Notes under the pieces: generated by a model
Databases searched by the model: none
The model's input: the letters and a program-made list of their open reading frames with translations, nothing else
What the model was told of the DNA's origin: nothing
Source of the DNA: Tubiluchus corallicola
Lineage: Eukaryota; Animalia; Priapulida
DNA length: 64,000 nt
Reading direction: 5' to 3'
Assembly (NCBI GenBank): GCA_030141605.1
Contig: JAQGDQ010000105.1
Coordinates: 372,001 to 436,000 of the forward strand
Translations under genes and position numbers: made by a program
Part shown: positions 61,157 to 64,000 of the stretch, piece by piece
Position numbering within the stretch: position 1 is the first letter of the stretch
Layout of the letters: each line of letters begins with the position of its first letter

Positions 61157-61374
61157 ACCTGGCTCATTATCAAGGAAAAGCCACTCGAGACAAGAAACTC
61201 AGCCTGCAATAGGTGTCTTATACTACGATCCTATACTGTAAAATACACTGTCCCTCTATTCGCTACATAATGAAGCAGTGTGGCAGATGAAAGGACCAGA
61301 AGCAGTTTCCTCCGACGTTTACTCATCCACTTACTAACCAGATTAGGTGCCGCTTAACTACTCTAACCAAGTAC
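61157..61374 (-). mobile_element. 5S rRNA-derived SINE (SINE3-like) remnant, second copy
   Basis: Minus strand GTACTTGGT...AGTTAAGCGGCACCTAATCTGGTTAGTAAGTGGATGAG...TTTCATCTGCCACACTGC shares its head and TTTCATCTGC.A.ACTGC with the copy at 56831. Confidence 0.55.
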
Positions 61375-61659
61375 TCACATGACCCCTCCGCTATTTGCTT
61401 TACCCTTTTCACCACTATAATTGAGCAGAAACTTTACCTAGAACTCTCTGAGACAGGAGAATAATTAGCTATCCAAAATCTCAAGGTCATTTTTGTTAGG
61501 GTTGCACAATACACATGGTGATTTACAGAATGCGTTACATAGATGTAAATTGGGCCAACACCTGGCAACTGAAAATTGCCATTAAAAATGCAATGTAGGC
61601 CTACATCACGTTGGGGAAAAATAATCCACAGGAATAGATATTACATCAACAATTGGGCA

Positions 61660-62418
61660 ATTCCAGACTCTTCTGTTGTTAAATACCTGAGTATTATGGC
61701 GTCTCATGACTTAAACTCTTAAAGATAAATTAAAACACATTCCATTGAAATTTCAACCCGGGCCGACAGAATAACGATTATGATCTTTCGCATTTCGCAG
61801 TTTTAATACTAAAAATTGGAAGGTTTTCCTTAAATTAAAGCATTTAAGATTTATGTAAAGCCTGTAGTTAAATATTGCTCCCCGATTTGGGACCCGTCAT
61901 TGTTTGACGATTATAAATATGGTTAAAATGTGCAAATATATTTACTATGCCATTATGCTATGTAGCTCAAAACTTATTTGAAACCTATCAAAACGCTTCA
62001 TTTAAGATTATTAGAGAGATAATTGCTAAACGGTCTGGTCAAAATAATTCACATGGATGTTGATTTAGATCCTGCTTTGTTTTCAAGAGCACTCGCTGAT
62101 AAGACAAAAAGTAACCATAGTCTCAAATTGTGTGTTCGTAGAAGAAATTAAAAGATTTGGGTTTTCTCCAACCGCATTGTTCAAGTATGAAATTTTCTGC
62201 CCATTTCCGTAAATGATGCGCTTTTGGTCATTACAGACAATTCTATACTTTTCAAAAATAGATTGAAGTATTTTGAATTTTTATAAAGTAATGGCTTGTG
62301 CACGATAGGCGTATGTAAATAGCTTGCCTTTTTGCGTATCTCCCCACGTTCATGCTGTTATTGCTCTAAAATTTCTTATATTTTAATGTAATTTTATTTA
62401 TTTTAAATAAATAAATAA
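61660..62418 (+). mobile_element. Degenerate CR1-clade LINE 3' fragment
   Basis: LKAFKIYVKPVVKYCSPIWDP (~61833-61897), NHSLKL, FSNRIVQV*NFLP (~62165-62202), FKNRL, and an (AAAT)n tail at 62405-62418. Confidence 0.8.
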
Positions 62419-63804
62419 TGCCTGATCTCAATTATGGGAAACGTAACTCGCCAAAGCCCAACTCCAGTTAGCTCAAAAAGCAGCAAAGAAAGAAAAACGA
62501 GCTTGCCACCGCAGTGAATAGTTCATTGCTAAAATTGCACTAAACGCCACCGAACAGCAAGTAAATTTTAATGTTAAGAGCAATACTTAATAACTTAATA
62601 ACTCATTATTGTTTTTCGACTAGTACAAGGCTCTGTATTTATGTTACAATGAAAGCTAGGAATTTTAATTAGAATTTATACTGACGGGTTATATTTTAGC
62701 GCAGATAATTTAGGTAGTTTGTAGCTGAGACCACCTACAGCTCATGCACACTTACCTTGCTCAGTCATTCCTAAATGTTTTCCAATTTTTTTAAATAACA
62801 TAATTCTGACTAGTCAGTATCTCTAAACCAATAAAAGTTTGTAATCAGAATTTCTTTGAAATAATCTTATGTCATTCAAAACATCCACTGGAAAATTGTT
62901 AAGAGTCATGCATCAATAAATTTATTGAATAAAAGTTATTCGCACAACTAGTACACCTTTGTGAAACGCATTACTGTAATTTTAATTCATAAACAAATAA
63001 ACGTAATTTTATTCATATTCGTAAGTCATAAACAAGAATACAACAATAAAAATAGCAACTTGTGATGAATAAGTGGTACAAAAAAGAGAACATGCATTAT
63101 GTAACGATGTATAGCAAATGCACTAAAAACAATTTTATTGGATGTAAAACAGACAAGAAATTTACACAGTATTTTGCCTGCTCTAGCAAGTGTGTAATAA
63201 CTACCAAAATAGCAAAAAAGAACTGACAAGAAATAGTTCTAGCAAATGTGATATTTTAATAATAAATTCTAACCGTATTTGTATTAAGACAAACATAAAA
63301 GCAGATTTTAATTATCAGCTTAAAATGAATTAACCTGAAAAAGAAATTTTCAGGTTTGAAAATACTCCCACACAACCATTCACATGATCCTATGCTTTGT
63401 ACAACAAAAGTATTTCAACAGAAAATTTCTCTCTAGGATTTGATAATAGTCACAAATACTTCATAAAGGGGTCAACCAAAATATTGCTTAAACTTTCCAT
63501 CTATTATCATCCATTAACTATTTTAACTATTTGCATCCGTTAACGAAATATGAAATATGAATAGGCCATATGTAATCATAACAGTTAAACACTTAATTCA
63601 ATGCTTAATCTTTAAGAATACAAACAATCATATTACTGAGGCAAATATAAGTAGCTAACATCTAACTGTACATATTATACATTATTATCTTTACATAAAG
63701 TTTACGATTGCAATACCTCCTCAACTTTCAATTTTTAATTATCAGAAAATTCTGGGGTTACAATCAAAAATGTTAAAAGCTTTACTGTCCTGTGCTCTCC
63801 ATCC

Positions 63805-63897
63805 ATCTCTCTCATCCTTCCCCCCTCTCTCTCTGTCTCTCTTTCTCACGCACACCCGCCTGCCCGCACGCACGCACGCACACACACACACACACAA
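63805..63897. repeat. Compound (CT)/(GCAC)/(CA) microsatellite
   Basis: Visible simple repeats. Confidence 0.85.
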
Positions 63898-64000
63898 ACT
63901 AGGAAAGCAGCTGTGTCAATTGTCAGTGATGAAATACAAAATTCAAGTTTAGCTGCTGCAGAAAACTGTCAATTTTCATCATCGAGTAAAAACTAAAAAG

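Overview
AT-rich, intron-containing animal (probably invertebrate) genomic DNA with no prokaryotic features. The centrepiece is a full-length, very young Gmr1-type Ty3/Gypsy LTR retrotransposon at 36025-43996 (+). It has two 1005-bp near-identical LTRs, a 5-bp TSD (CTCAG), a tRNA-Leu PBS and a single gag-pol ORF in the unusual order PR-IN-RT-RH. Its Gag has a SAP-like N-terminus and a SCAN-like capsid domain, and its integrase zinc finger carries an apparent in-frame deletion. Two host genes flank it divergently. On the minus strand is an FN3-TM membrane protein apparently encoded by one coding exon (6383-7747), with candidate non-coding 5' exons. On the plus strand is a 4-exon coiled-coil gene resembling C6orf163 (54284-59922). 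The rest is dense with decayed TEs (L2, CR1, RTE, Penelope GIY-YIG with hammerhead-like motifs, a hAT MITE with TSD, a foldback element, a probable solo LTR, tRNA- and 5S-derived SINEs) and microsatellites. All calls were made by eye, without database searches.
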